DNA of 64,000 nt from Desulfobacteraceae bacterium UBA5616. GTDB taxonomy: Bacteria; Desulfobacterota; Desulfobacteria; Desulfobacterales; UBA5616. The notes beneath the pieces are model-generated. The model was not told where the DNA came from. It searched no databases and saw only the letters and a program-made list of their open reading frames with translations. The position numbers were made by a program, and so were the translations under genes. How positions within the stretch are numbered: position 1 is the first letter of the stretch; every line of letters begins with the position of its first letter. The DNA lies in contig DIKO01000063.1 of the NCBI GenBank assembly GCA_002423615.1, positions 34,885 through 98,884 of the forward strand, written 5' to 3'. Positions 47,802 to 57,191 of the stretch are shown one piece after another.

Positions 47802-49295
47802 TTAATAATCATTTTTGAGGGATAAACAAGGGGTTGATTGCGACATTTGAACCCGTGCCGTCAGTACCCTGTCGGTTGACGCCGTGACCCTGAAGGCATC
47901 GTCGATTTGATGCCCCACAACCCAGATAATTTTTCCCCGGGTTAACAATACCGGAATGTTGAACCGCTCCCGGTCCGTGATTTTGAGGTCCTTTAAAAAT
48001 TTATCAACGGTCTTGGTGCCCCTCATTCCTAAAGGGGCAAAACGGTCTTCGGGAACAAAATTTCTTAATTCCAATGGACCTTCAATTTTTTTTATATCAA
48101 TAAAAGCCGTCTGTTGTCCAGCAGAACAAATGTTTTCCGGAGTTTCCACGGCTGTTTCCGTAAACCAAAGCGTCATACCGGTCTCCGGCACGTAAAGACT
48201 GCCGGGAATATGGATTTCATAGGAATATCGCAACAGGGGTATCCGGGGTTGACCGGTAGTGATATTGCGAAGTCGCTGTTTTTCTTTGGATATGAGAATC
48301 CGGCCCCGGCCTGCCAGAACCATGACCTGCCCCGGCAGGTCCAGTCTTTTCGCTCCGGAGACATCTCGGCTCACCTCCATTATGGCGTCCACATGGTGAA
48401 GTGCAATCCCTTTCAGATCGCCTTTCACCTGTTCCAAGGCCATGCGGAGAATCCGTCTTTGAACGGCCGGATGATGCCCTTTCAACCGGGAAACGGCAAG
48501 GGTCAACCGATTTTCTTCGGATGCGACGACGCAGGACTGGAATAAAGGAGCGACCAAACTGTTCATCCACTCCTCTTCGCTCCTTGAAATTTCAGATAAA
48601 CGGTTCAACGAACCGGTTACTGCGGGGTTGTATTCTTCCTTCAACAGGGGAAGGAGACGGTGTCGGACCCTGTTGCGCAGATAGGTCGTATCGGCATTGG
48701 ATCCGTCAATGACAAAATCCAGGCCGGCATCTTGGAGGTAAGCCATGATATCGCTCCGGGTCAGTCCCATGAGGGGGCGTATGATTTTTCCCTCTCTTAC
48801 CGGTGGAATCCCGGAAAGTCCCAGGGGCCCGCTTCCCCGGAAAAGGGCCATCAGCACCATTTCCGCGTTGTCATCCAGATGATGTCCCAGGGCAATCTTG
48901 TTAAATCCGTGTATTTCCGCAAGGCGGTAAAAATGCGCATAACGGATTCTTCTGGCTGCCTGTTCCGTGGAAAGCCCGTGCCGTTGCCGATATTCAGGTA
49001 TGTTTTCTTTTTCCAGATAGCATTCAAGGCCCAGCTTTTCCGTAGTTTGAAGCACAAAATCGGCGTCCCGATCGGATTCATCGCCTCTCAGGCCGTGATT
49101 TAGGTGAGCGACGGCGAGGGTAATCCCCAGGTCGGATTTCATTTTAATCAGGATATGGAGAAGGGCCATGGAATCCGGTCCTCCGGAAACACCCACGAGA
49201 ACCCTGTCCCTGGTTTTCAGCATTCCATATTCCAGAATGGTTTTGCGGACTTTTTTTTGGATACGTCTTAAAATGCGATCGTCGTCATTGCGCAT
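47802..49295 (-). CDS. tilS: tRNA(Ile)-lysidine synthase
   Basis: PP-loop VGVSGGPDSMAL, AHLNHGLRG, followed by the substrate-binding and C-terminal TilS domains (497 aa). Confidence 0.93.
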   Translation of the reverse strand: MRNDDDRILRRIQKKVRKTILEYGMLKTRDRVLVGVSGGPDSMALLHILIKMKSDLGITLAVAHLNHGLRGDESDRDADFVLQTTEKLGLECYLEKENIPEYRQRHGLSTEQAARRIRYAHFYRLAEIHGFNKIALGHHLDDNAEMVLMALFRGSGPLGLSGIPPVREGKIIRPLMGLTRSDIMAYLQDAGLDFVIDGSNADTTYLRNRVRHRLLPLLKEEYNPAVTGSLNRLSEISRSEEEWMNSLVAPLFQSCVVASEENRLTLAVSRLKGHHPAVQRRILRMALEQVKGDLKGIALHHVDAIMEVSRDVSGAKRLDLPGQVMVLAGRGRILISKEKQRLRNITTGQPRIPLLRYSYEIHIPGSLYVPETGMTLWFTETAVETPENICSAGQQTAFIDIKKIEGPLELRNFVPEDRFAPLGMRGTKTVDKFLKDLKITDRERFNIPVLLTRGKIIWVVGHQIDDAFRVTASTDRVLTARVQMSQSTPCLSLKNDY

Positions 49296-49415
49296 GGGGG
49301 ATAAATTTGTATTTTATATTTAATTTCAATATATTAAATGGTTAACCAGCTTGTTCAGCCTATGACAGCGATGTCGGCCATGTCAATATCTAACCGATAA
49401 AATAATATTTAATCC

Positions 49416-49443
49416 TTGAAATATTGTCCATGTCAATTATATT
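49416..49443 (+). promoter_or_regulatory. Candidate sigma70 promoter of the SRP RNA gene
   Basis: TTGAAA (49416-49421), 16 nt, TATATT (49438-49443). The predicted start lies about 6-8 nt downstream, coinciding with the 5' closing helix of the SRP RNA. Confidence 0.5.
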
Positions 49444-49446
49444 AAC

Positions 49447-49700
49447 GATCTGGTTGTGCTAGGCGGGGAGTTAGCGGTGCCCTGTACCCGAAATCCGCTT
49501 TATGCGGGGCTGAATTCCCCCTAAAGGGTTTTTGCCCGAAAACCGGCCATTCAGACCGGCCGCTGCGTAACAAACGATCACGAACCTCGTCAGGTCCGGA
49601 AGGAAGCAGCGATAAGTGGTTTAGTTTGTGTCGCGGATCGTTCCCGGTCATGATATGGCCTTTTTCCGGAAGAGGTTCGATAGGGGGTGCACAACCAATT
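49447..49700 (+). ncRNA. ffs: Signal recognition particle RNA, large (Bacillus-type, Alu domain-containing) form
   Basis: Helix-8 hallmark GTCAGGTCCGGAAGGAAGCAGC (49588-49609). The 5' segment GTGCTAGGCGGGGAGTTAGCGGTGCCCTGTACC parallels the Alu domain of B. subtilis scRNA (recalled: GUGCUAAGCGGGGAGGUAGCGGUGCCCUGUACC). Terminal helix TGGTTGTGC (49451-49459) pairs with GCACAACCA (49689-49697). Ends are approximate. Confidence 0.85.
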
Positions 49701-49793
49701 TATCTCAAATTCCCGATCATCCCACATGCCATCCTTTCCGCAGGACCCATGTTTTTCGGGCAATTTTTCTTGCAAATTCTCATAATTACCGAC

Positions 49794-49821
49794 TTGACAA
49801 CGCCCCATGGCGTATTATTTT
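49794..49821 (+). promoter_or_regulatory. Candidate sigma70 promoter for grpE
   Basis: TTGACA (49794-49799), 16 nt, TATTTT (49816-49821), about 75 nt upstream of the grpE ATG. Motif match only. Confidence 0.4.
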
Positions 49822-49897
49822 GCTCCAGGTGTCATTTTTGACGCCGGGATCGCGATGCTTTGCTTCAAATTATGACAGGGAAAGAAGAAAATCGCCA

Positions 49898-50503
49898 ATG
49901 ACTGAAATCAAAAGCATTAAAATAGGAAAAAAGGATAAGGATGAGCCGAACCAGGCCGAAAGCAGGATAAATTCGGATGCCCTGCAGGATGAAGCTGCTA
50001 ACGACACTAGCCCCAAGGGACCTGAAGATGTGATTAAAGACCTGGAACAAAAACTTCAGAATGCCGAGGAAGATCTCAAAAACACCTATGACCGGCTGCT
50101 CCGGGTTTCCGCTGAATTCGAAAATTTCAAGAAGCGGACAAACCGTGAAATGGAGGATTTCAGGAAATATGCCAATGAAGCATTGGTCAGCGCCCTGTTG
50201 CCGGCGGTGGACAATCTCGAAAGAGCTGTGGAATCCTCAAAGGAAGGGGTTTCCGATCCCCGGTGTCTCCTTGAGGGCGTTTGTCTGACTTTGTCCGAAC
50301 TTATTAAAATTCTTGAAAAATTTCATGTAAAGGCCATTGATGCGATAGGAGAGCCCTTCGATCCCAGTTTTCATCAGGCAATTTTGCAACAACCCTCTGA
50401 TGAACACCCGGAGAATACGGTTTTGCAGGAAATGCAGAAAGGATACATGATTCACAATCGCCTGTTGAGGCCATCCATGGTGGTGGTATCCAAAAAAGAA
50501 TGA
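49898..50503 (+). CDS. grpE: Nucleotide exchange factor GrpE
   Basis: 201 aa. Coiled coil LEQKLQNAEEDLKNTYDRLLRVSAEFENFKKR, then LLPAVDNLERA and a C-terminal beta domain. Start set at 49898, because the ORF-track start at 49628 lies inside the SRP RNA. Confidence 0.93.
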   Translation: MTEIKSIKIGKKDKDEPNQAESRINSDALQDEAANDTSPKGPEDVIKDLEQKLQNAEEDLKNTYDRLLRVSAEFENFKKRTNREMEDFRKYANEALVSALLPAVDNLERAVESSKEGVSDPRCLLEGVCLTLSELIKILEKFHVKAIDAIGEPFDPSFHQAILQQPSDEHPENTVLQEMQKGYMIHNRLLRPSMVVVSKKE

Positions 50504-50571
50504 AACAAACACATATTCAGGATTAATCATGAGTTCTCGAAATTACCCGACCCCATACAAGGAGAAGAAAA

Positions 50572-52491
50572 ATGAGTAAAATCATCGGAATTGACCTGGG
50601 AACGACAAATTCTTGCGTCGCAATTATGGAGAGTGGCGATTCTAAAGTCATCACCAATGCCGAGGGCGGAAGAACCACGCCTTCCATTGTGGCCATTTCA
50701 GAAAACGGCGAACGGCTCGTGGGACAGATCGCGAAGCGACAGTCCATCACCAATCCGGAAAATACGGTATTCGGCGTTAAACGACTGATCGGAAGAAAAT
50801 TCGCGTCTCCGGAAGTCCAGAGCGATCTCAAGATACTTCCCTATAAGATCGAACAGGCGGATAACGGCGATGTCCGTATCGCCATCCGCGGCAAAAAATA
50901 CAGCCCCGCAGAGATTTCTTCGTTTATTCTGGCCAACATTAAAAAAACGGCGGAGGATTATCTGGGAGAGAAGATCACTGACGCCGTTATTACCGTACCG
51001 GCTTATTTTAACGACAGCCAGCGTCAGGCCACCAAGGATGCGGGGAAAATAGCAGGCCTGAACGTTCTGAGAATTATCAACGAACCCACCGCCGCGTCCC
51101 TGGCCTATGGTCTGGATAAAAAAAAGGAAGAAAAAATCGCCGTCTTTGACCTGGGTGGAGGCACATTCGACGTATCCATTCTGGAAATCGGCGAAGGGGT
51201 TTTTGAAGTCAAATCCACCAACGGGGACACCCATCTGGGAGGTGAAGACTTTGATTTAAGACTCATTGATTACCTGGCCAGTGAGTTCAAAAAAGACCAG
51301 GGCATTGATTTGAGAAACGACAAAATGGCCCTCCAGCGGCTCAAGGAGGCGTCTGAAAAGGCAAAGATGGAGCTGTCCACCTCCATGGAAACCGATGTGA
51401 ATCTGCCTTTTATCACTGCGGACGCTAGCGGTCCCAAACATATGAACATCAAAATCACCCGGGCCAAGCTGGAATCCCTGGTGAGCGATCTTCTGGATAA
51501 ACTGGAAAACCCCTGCCGAACAGCCTTGAAGGATGCCGGTTTAACCCCCAAGGACATTGACGAGGTGATTCTGGTGGGCGGGATGACCCGGATGCCGGCG
51601 GTTCAGGCCAGGGTAAAAGCCCTTTTCGGGAAAGAGCCGCACAAGGGCGTCAATCCGGACGAAGTCGTGGCCATGGGCGCCGCCATCCAGGGAGGCGTAT
51701 TAAAGGGTGATGTAAAAGACGTTCTCCTGCTGGATGTCACGCCCCTTTCCCTGGGTATCGAAACCCTTGGCGGGATCATGACCAAGCTTATAGAGAAAAA
51801 CACCACCATCCCGACCAAAAAGAGCCAGGTTTTTTCCACTGCTGCAGACAATCAGCCTGCGGTGTCCATCCATGTATTGCAGGGGGAACGGGAAATGGCG
51901 GCCAACAATAAGACCCTCGGCCGTTTTGAACTGGTGGGCATTCCTCCGGCGCCCCGGGGCATCCCCCAGATTGAGGTGACGTTCGATATCGACGCCAACG
52001 GCATTGTCAATGTCTCAGCCAAGGACCTGGCCACAAGCAAGGAACACTCCATCCAGATTACCGCCTCCAGCGGGCTGTCCAAGGATGAAATCGAGAAACT
52101 GGTCAAGGATGCCGAACTCCATGTCGAAGACGACAAAAAGAAAAGAGACCTGGTTGAAGCCCGAAACCATGCGGACAGTCTCATTTATTCAACTGAAAAA
52201 TCCATAAAGGATCTTGGGGATAAAATCGACGACGCCACCAAATCCAATGTTGAAAGTGCGGCAGCCGATTTAAAAAAGGCCATGGAGGGAGACAATACCG
52301 ACGACATCAAACGCCTCACCGAGGCATTGACCCAGGCGTCTCACAAACTGGCCGAGACCATGTACAAACAGGCTTCGGAAAAAGGTCAGCACGAAGCCGG
52401 AGCCGGCGAGGATATGGGAGGCCAGGGGGCCAAGTCTGCGGACGATGATGTGGTGGACGCGGATTTTGAAGAGGTCAAAGACCAGAAATAA
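50572..52491 (+). CDS. dnaK: Molecular chaperone DnaK (Hsp70)
   Basis: [37 protein letters not shown]. 639 aa. AAGGAG RBS. Confidence 0.98.
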   Translation: MSKIIGIDLGTTNSCVAIMESGDSKVITNAEGGRTTPSIVAISENGERLVGQIAKRQSITNPENTVFGVKRLIGRKFASPEVQSDLKILPYKIEQADNGDVRIAIRGKKYSPAEISSFILANIKKTAEDYLGEKITDAVITVPAYFNDSQRQATKDAGKIAGLNVLRIINEPTAASLAYGLDKKKEEKIAVFDLGGGTFDVSILEIGEGVFEVKSTNGDTHLGGEDFDLRLIDYLASEFKKDQGIDLRNDKMALQRLKEASEKAKMELSTSMETDVNLPFITADASGPKHMNIKITRAKLESLVSDLLDKLENPCRTALKDAGLTPKDIDEVILVGGMTRMPAVQARVKALFGKEPHKGVNPDEVVAMGAAIQGGVLKGDVKDVLLLDVTPLSLGIETLGGIMTKLIEKNTTIPTKKSQVFSTAADNQPAVSIHVLQGEREMAANNKTLGRFELVGIPPAPRGIPQIEVTFDIDANGIVNVSAKDLATSKEHSIQITASSGLSKDEIEKLVKDAELHVEDDKKKRDLVEARNHADSLIYSTEKSIKDLGDKIDDATKSNVESAAADLKKAMEGDNTDDIKRLTEALTQASHKLAETMYKQASEKGQHEAGAGEDMGGQGAKSADDDVVDADFEEVKDQK

Positions 52492-52522
52492 CCCCTTCTT
52501 TTCCATCGATCAGAACCGAAAC

Positions 52523-52567
52523 AAAAAAATCCCGCGGCGAGAAATCTCCCGCGGGATTTTTTTGTTT
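52523..52567. terminator. Bidirectional Rho-independent terminator between convergent dnaK and the DUF362 gene
   Basis: AAAAAAA-TCCCGCG-N13-CGCGGGA-TTTTTTTGTTT. The perfect 7-bp GC stem is flanked by an A-run and a T-run, so it works on both strands. Confidence 0.8.
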
Positions 52568-52584
52568 CAAAACCCGATGGCCTC

Positions 52585-53913
52585 TTAGCCGGCCTGATAA
52601 AAGGACTCCTGGAATTCTTCCGGTCTTTTGGTGTATTTTTTGCTCAGAATGGGCATGATGGTGCTGTCGTAAATGGTGAAGAGATCCGGGCTCACCGGAA
52701 CCCCGGCGCTGTTAAACACCTTGACGATCTCCTTTTCGGAAGGAGGGCATCCCTTGACGGCATACAATTCATTGATGTCGGGGTTATCCCTGTGGGCCTC
52801 GTAAATGCATTTTCCCAGCAGAATGGTTTTCTTTTTGCCGGGAGTCGGTTTCATGGATTTGCCGGTGAGGACTTCAACGTCATCAAAAGCCTCTCCCTTC
52901 CAGATGGACACCAGGTTGGTCATGATCGGGCTGGTGAAACCGGTGCAGTAAGTGCACATGGTGGATCCGGGATTTCCCCAGGAAATGCCCTTGACCCCGT
53001 ATTTTACAAGATATGCCGGCAGGGTTCCGCTTTCGTCGTAGTCGTGCTGGTAGGCGTGAAAAGAAGCCACCGCATCAATGGGCTCGCCCACAATCTCGAT
53101 ATCGGAAAGGTCGTTGGCCCGGCCCATTCTTTCGGCCGCATGGTTTAAATGGGGGATCCGGCCCGTTTCAAACCCGAGGGCTTTCGCCCCCACCAGATCC
53201 GCGGATAAAATATCCCCGGAAGCGATGAGAAGATTGTTTCTCCGGGCCCGTCCCTCATAACCGGGGCCCAGTTCGAGGCTGTAAATGCCGTCGATGATGG
53301 TGAAAATCCGCGGCATGGGGATGTTCAGCTTGGATACCATATAATCCAGGTTTTTAACCGGATCCGTGCTGTGGCATATTTTCCGCGAAGGGATATCGAT
53401 GGTACCCTTGAGATTTTTGATTCCCAGGCTGACCAGGGTCTGGCCGTGGGTTTTCAGGGTGGGAATGTCCACGACCAGATCGCTGTGAAGAACATCCGCA
53501 TTAAAATTCAGCTCAACCCCATCCCCGAGGTTGATTTTTTCAAAGGGGCGTTCAAACACGTTGACGGTTTTGACGCCATATTTTTTTTTAAGTTCGGTGT
53601 AGCCCAGGTGCTCAAAGGCATGGTCCTGCAATCCCTTTGATTTAGGCTTGTTGATAACGGTGCCTTCTCCGATGGTGATGTCGTCAACGCCTTTTTCCTT
53701 AATCATGACGATCATGTCCTCAACCACCCGGGTGGTGGTGATGGCGCCGTATTTGGGGAATGAATAATCCTTGTTCCAGAACACGATATTGGGTTTGATA
53801 AACACCTTGCTTTGAGGTTTTACGCCATCCAGCCCTCCGGAGAGTTCAACCGCCTTTCTCACCGATTTTTGGGGTTCCTCATATTTTACGATGGCCACTT
53901 TCAATTTTTCCAT
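52585..53913 (-). CDS. DUF362-domain protein with Cys-rich C-terminal region
   Basis: N-terminal KVAIVKYEEPQKSVRKAVELSGGLDGVKPQSKVFIKPNIV and later LKTHGQTLVSLGIKNLKG resemble DUF362 as I recall it. C-terminal Cys motifs are MCTYCTG, GKC and KGCPP. AGGAGG RBS. Confidence 0.7.
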   Translation of the reverse strand: MEKLKVAIVKYEEPQKSVRKAVELSGGLDGVKPQSKVFIKPNIVFWNKDYSFPKYGAITTTRVVEDMIVMIKEKGVDDITIGEGTVINKPKSKGLQDHAFEHLGYTELKKKYGVKTVNVFERPFEKINLGDGVELNFNADVLHSDLVVDIPTLKTHGQTLVSLGIKNLKGTIDIPSRKICHSTDPVKNLDYMVSKLNIPMPRIFTIIDGIYSLELGPGYEGRARRNNLLIASGDILSADLVGAKALGFETGRIPHLNHAAERMGRANDLSDIEIVGEPIDAVASFHAYQHDYDESGTLPAYLVKYGVKGISWGNPGSTMCTYCTGFTSPIMTNLVSIWKGEAFDDVEVLTGKSMKPTPGKKKTILLGKCIYEAHRDNPDINELYAVKGCPPSEKEIVKVFNSAGVPVSPDLFTIYDSTIMPILSKKYTKRPEEFQESFYQAG

Positions 53914-53945
53914 AAAAACGATCCTCCTGGGACAACAAAATATAA

Positions 53946-53973
53946 GATTAAAGATTAAAGATTAAAGTTTAAA
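53946..53973. repeat. Tandem heptamer (GATTAAA)x3 + GTTTAAA
   Basis: Period-7 repeat read directly from 53946-53973. It spans the stop codon and last codons of the acyl-CoA ligase gene and part of the 48-nt spacer to the DUF362 gene. Confidence 0.8.
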
Positions 53974-55536
53974 ACTCTCCTCACCACCGGCATATTTTTT
54001 TCGCAATCCGGGCTTTTCAATTTTTCCGGTGGGATTCCGTGGGACATCATCAAAAATAATGCGTCTCGGCCGCTTATACCTGGGCAACTCCATGCAGTAG
54101 GCGTTGATCTCATCCTTGGTAAGGTCCTGGCCGGGTTTCACCTTTACGACGGCTGTGGCGATTTCCCCCAGCCTCAGGCTGGGAACACCGATGACCGCCA
54201 CATCCTGAATTTTGGGATGAGCCTGCAAAAAATCCTCTATTTCAACAGGGTAAATGTTTTCCCCCCCGGTGATGATCACATCTTTTTTACGGTCCACCAG
54301 CCAGATAAACCCATCTTCATCCTGTTTGACGATATCCCCGGTATAGAGCCAGCCGTTTTTTAAGGTATCCCGGGTGGATTCGGCATTTTTGTAGTATTCC
54401 TTCATCACACCGGGCCCCTTGATGACCAGCTCCCCCGGGGTCCCCCTTGGGACCGGATGGGAATCATAGTCCACAATCTTAAATTCCCAGTCGAATCCGG
54501 GGACGCCGATGGCGCCGACCTTGTGGATATTATCCATGCCCAGATGTACGCATCCGGGTCCGCTGGATTCGGTGAGGCCGTAATTGGTGTCATACTGGTG
54601 ATGGGGGAAAATTTTCAGCCATTCCCGTATCAGGCTCGAAGGTACCGGCTGGGCGCCGATGTGCATGAGACGCCATTGATCCATCCTGAATTGGTGCAGC
54701 TTGATTTCTCCGCTTTCAATGGCAAAGAGAATATCCAGGGCCCAGGGGACCAGAAGCCAGACGATGGTCACCTGTTCTTCCGAAATGGCTTCCAGTATCC
54801 ACCGGGGCTCGATGCCTTTTAAAATAACGGCCTTTGCGCCCACGAGAAAATTCCCGAACCAGTGCATTTTGGCCCCCGTGTGGTAAAGGGGGGGAATGCA
54901 TAAGAAATTATCGGAATGGGTTTGGTGGTGATGCCGGTTTTCCACGTAACAGGCGAATTCCAGGTTTCTGTGGGTCAGCAGTGTCGCCTTGGGCGTTCCG
55001 GTGGTGCCCGACGTAAAGTACAGGGCGGCTTCATCGGTGATATTCAAGTCCACGCCCGGGTCTTCAACGGACCGGCCCGCAAGGGCATCTTCAAGAAACA
55101 CGGCGTAATCCGGCGTCAGTTCTTCAGGCCCGGTAAAAATATAATGGGCGACCACTTGATCCAGGTCCGATTTGACGGCCTGGATCCGGTCTATGAATTC
55201 CTCTCCGAATATCAGAACTTTAGCTTCCGCGGTCAACACACAGTTTTTGATGGTTTTGGCCACAAAGCGAAAATTAAGGGGAACCGCCCATGCCCCGGTC
55301 CTCAGGATTCCAAAATAAACAGGCAGCCATTCAATGCAATTGGTCATCAACTGAACAACCCGGTCCCCTTTCCGGATACCCATGTCCATCAAGGCTGCTG
55401 CAATCTGGTTGGCCTTTTCATCAAATATTTTCCAGGTAATTTCTTTTCGAATGTTTCTGGCCGGCTCCCGTTCGATGAGAGCGGTTTCATGGCCGTACAT
55501 CCGTGCGTTTCTGGAAAGAATCTCGGTGATAAGCAT
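53962..55536 (-). CDS. AMP-forming acyl-CoA synthetase/ligase (adenylate-forming superfamily)
   Basis: AMP-binding motif YFTSGTTGTPKA, YGLTES, TGDIV..DEDGF.W..DRKKD.II.GGENIYP, C-terminal PRNPTGKI. Start set at 55536 (AAGGAA RBS) rather than 55614. Confidence 0.9.
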   Translation of the reverse strand: MLITEILSRNARMYGHETALIEREPARNIRKEITWKIFDEKANQIAAALMDMGIRKGDRVVQLMTNCIEWLPVYFGILRTGAWAVPLNFRFVAKTIKNCVLTAEAKVLIFGEEFIDRIQAVKSDLDQVVAHYIFTGPEELTPDYAVFLEDALAGRSVEDPGVDLNITDEAALYFTSGTTGTPKATLLTHRNLEFACYVENRHHHQTHSDNFLCIPPLYHTGAKMHWFGNFLVGAKAVILKGIEPRWILEAISEEQVTIVWLLVPWALDILFAIESGEIKLHQFRMDQWRLMHIGAQPVPSSLIREWLKIFPHHQYDTNYGLTESSGPGCVHLGMDNIHKVGAIGVPGFDWEFKIVDYDSHPVPRGTPGELVIKGPGVMKEYYKNAESTRDTLKNGWLYTGDIVKQDEDGFIWLVDRKKDVIITGGENIYPVEIEDFLQAHPKIQDVAVIGVPSLRLGEIATAVVKVKPGQDLTKDEINAYCMELPRYKRPRRIIFDDVPRNPTGKIEKPGLRKKYAGGEESFKL

Positions 55537-55726
55537 TAAAAGTTCCTTTAATAAATGAGCGCGGTTACTCTGTCTGAAGGAGGTTTTTGTATCAGACATA
55601 ATTCTATTGGTCAAGCCTCTCGGAAAATGCCTTTTAATTTCCGTTGAATCCGGTTTTATGGGGGGTAAAGGGCATATGAAAAATCATGCGAAAGCCTGAC
55701 CGGGGAAAATTCGTTATTTTGCCCGC

Positions 55727-55756
55727 TTGCAAATCTTAACCACTTTAAGGTATAGA
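55727..55756 (+). promoter_or_regulatory. Candidate sigma70 promoter for the GDSL lipase gene
   Basis: TTGCAA (55727-55732), 18 nt, TATAGA (55751-55756). Motif match only. Confidence 0.3.
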
Positions 55757-55794
55757 TCAAACATTTATTTCAGCTGTCCTGAAAAGGAGTGGAC

Positions 55795-56712
55795 ATGACC
55801 CAAAAAAGGATGTTCTGCCTGGTTTTAGCCGTATTTTTCATCGCGCCCATATCGGTATTCGGTGCCTCATTTGATACCCTTGTGGTATTCGGCGACAGCT
55901 TGTCGGACAACGGCAACTTATACGCGGCAGATCCATTGAGCGTTCCGTCGGCATACTACTGGGAGGGCAGGGTCTCGAACGGCCCTGTCTGGGTCGAGTA
56001 CCTTGCCGGGGACCTGCTGAATTGCGCGCTGGTTGACAATGCCTATGCCGGAGCTGAAACCAGTGGAGAGGTTCCTCCGGGTCTTCTGCAGCAGGTCAAC
56101 CTTTATGCGGCGACTGCGGACCTTCCCCACAATGCCCTTTTTGTCGTCTGGATCGGCGCCAATGACATCCTTAGTGAAAGTGGGGTTACGGAAGAAAGCC
56201 TGGCCGACAGTATCTCCAATATCGGAACCGCGTTGCAGAAACTGGCCGATTTCGGTGCAGAGGACATCCTCATTCTCAACCTGCCGAACATGGGATCCCT
56301 GCCCCTGTCGTTGGACTCCCAGACCACGGGTTTATTTCTCAAGGCAGCCTCCATATCTTTTAACAGCTCCCTGTCGGATACCGTTGATCATTTTGCAGGG
56401 GACAACCCGGGCATAGCGGTCTATAAACTTGATATTTACTCCCTTTTTGAAAGGATTCTGGCAAATCCCGCTTCCTTCGGGTTCACCAATGTGACGGATG
56501 TTCTGCTGGATCCTGCAAAACCCTATAATTTCGACAATACGGAAGGTTATGTATTCTGGGATGATATTCACCCGACAACCGAAGCCCACGTTGAAATCGC
56601 CGAGCAGGCATATGAACTTCTGAATTCCGGATCGGACAACAGCGGCGGTTATGGCGATGACGGCGATGACGATGGGGGCTGCTTTATCAGCACCGTTTCC
56701 GATTTTAATTAA
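55795..56712 (+). CDS. Secreted SGNH/GDSL-family lipase/esterase
   Basis: Signal peptide, block I VVFGDSLSDNGN, block III GANDI, block V FWDDIHPT. Acidic Gly-rich tail ending GGCFISTVSDFN. ATG at 55795 follows an AGGAG RBS. Confidence 0.88.
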   Translation: MTQKRMFCLVLAVFFIAPISVFGASFDTLVVFGDSLSDNGNLYAADPLSVPSAYYWEGRVSNGPVWVEYLAGDLLNCALVDNAYAGAETSGEVPPGLLQQVNLYAATADLPHNALFVVWIGANDILSESGVTEESLADSISNIGTALQKLADFGAEDILILNLPNMGSLPLSLDSQTTGLFLKAASISFNSSLSDTVDHFAGDNPGIAVYKLDIYSLFERILANPASFGFTNVTDVLLDPAKPYNFDNTEGYVFWDDIHPTTEAHVEIAEQAYELLNSGSDNSGGYGDDGDDDGGCFISTVSDFN

Positions 56713-56834
56713 CCTTCTGTATTTCCGGTAAGATACCCGTCAACAGGCCCCTCAGCCGGGTTGACTTTATCCCCCGGAATGACTATAAGTATCCGAGTGC
56801 AGAATTCGCCCCGTGTTTTTAAAATTCTAACCGT

Positions 56835-57179
56835 TTGAAAGGAAACCAAATTATGGCCGAAGGCATATTGGAAGTGAATGACGGCAGTTTTGAATCCGAA
56901 GTATTGAAAGCCGACAAACCGGTGCTGGTCGATTTCTGGGCGCCGTGGTGCGGGCCCTGTAAGGCCATTGCGCCGGTTATCGAGGAGCTGGCCGCTGCCT
57001 TCGGGGGAAAAATAAAATTCACCAAGTTCAATGTAGACGAAAGTCCGATCACCCCGGGCAAATATGGTATCCGGGCCATCCCCACGCTGATTTTTTTCAA
57101 AGAAGGAAAGGTGGCCGATCAGATTACCGGCATGGTGGCCAAATCCAAACTCGAAGAATCCATAAATAAAGTCCTTTAG
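56835..57179 (+). CDS. trxA: Thioredoxin
   Basis: VLVDFWAPWCGPCKAIAP, with the canonical WCGPC active site. 114 aa. Confidence 0.96.
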   Translation: MKGNQIMAEGILEVNDGSFESEVLKADKPVLVDFWAPWCGPCKAIAPVIEELAAAFGGKIKFTKFNVDESPITPGKYGIRAIPTLIFFKEGKVADQITGMVAKSKLEESINKVL

Positions 57180-57191
57180 AAAGAATTTCAA

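Noticed and set aside
49628-49897. N-terminal 90 codons of the 291-aa ORF that ends as GrpE.
   Set aside because: The first part overlaps the SRP RNA 3' half, and the rest is intergenic sequence containing a promoter-like element. GrpE homology starts only at MTEIKS (49898).
50537-50558. Sigma32-like boxes CTCGAAA ... CCCCATAC upstream of dnaK. A CTTGACA..CCCCATGG pair also lies at 49793-49810 upstream of grpE.
   Set aside because: The spacers are 8 nt and 3 nt, against the 13-17 nt needed. The dnaK CCCCAT box sits only 16 nt before the ATG and abuts the RBS, so it cannot be a -10 element. No CIRCE (TTAGCACTC-N9-GAGTGCTAA) was seen either.
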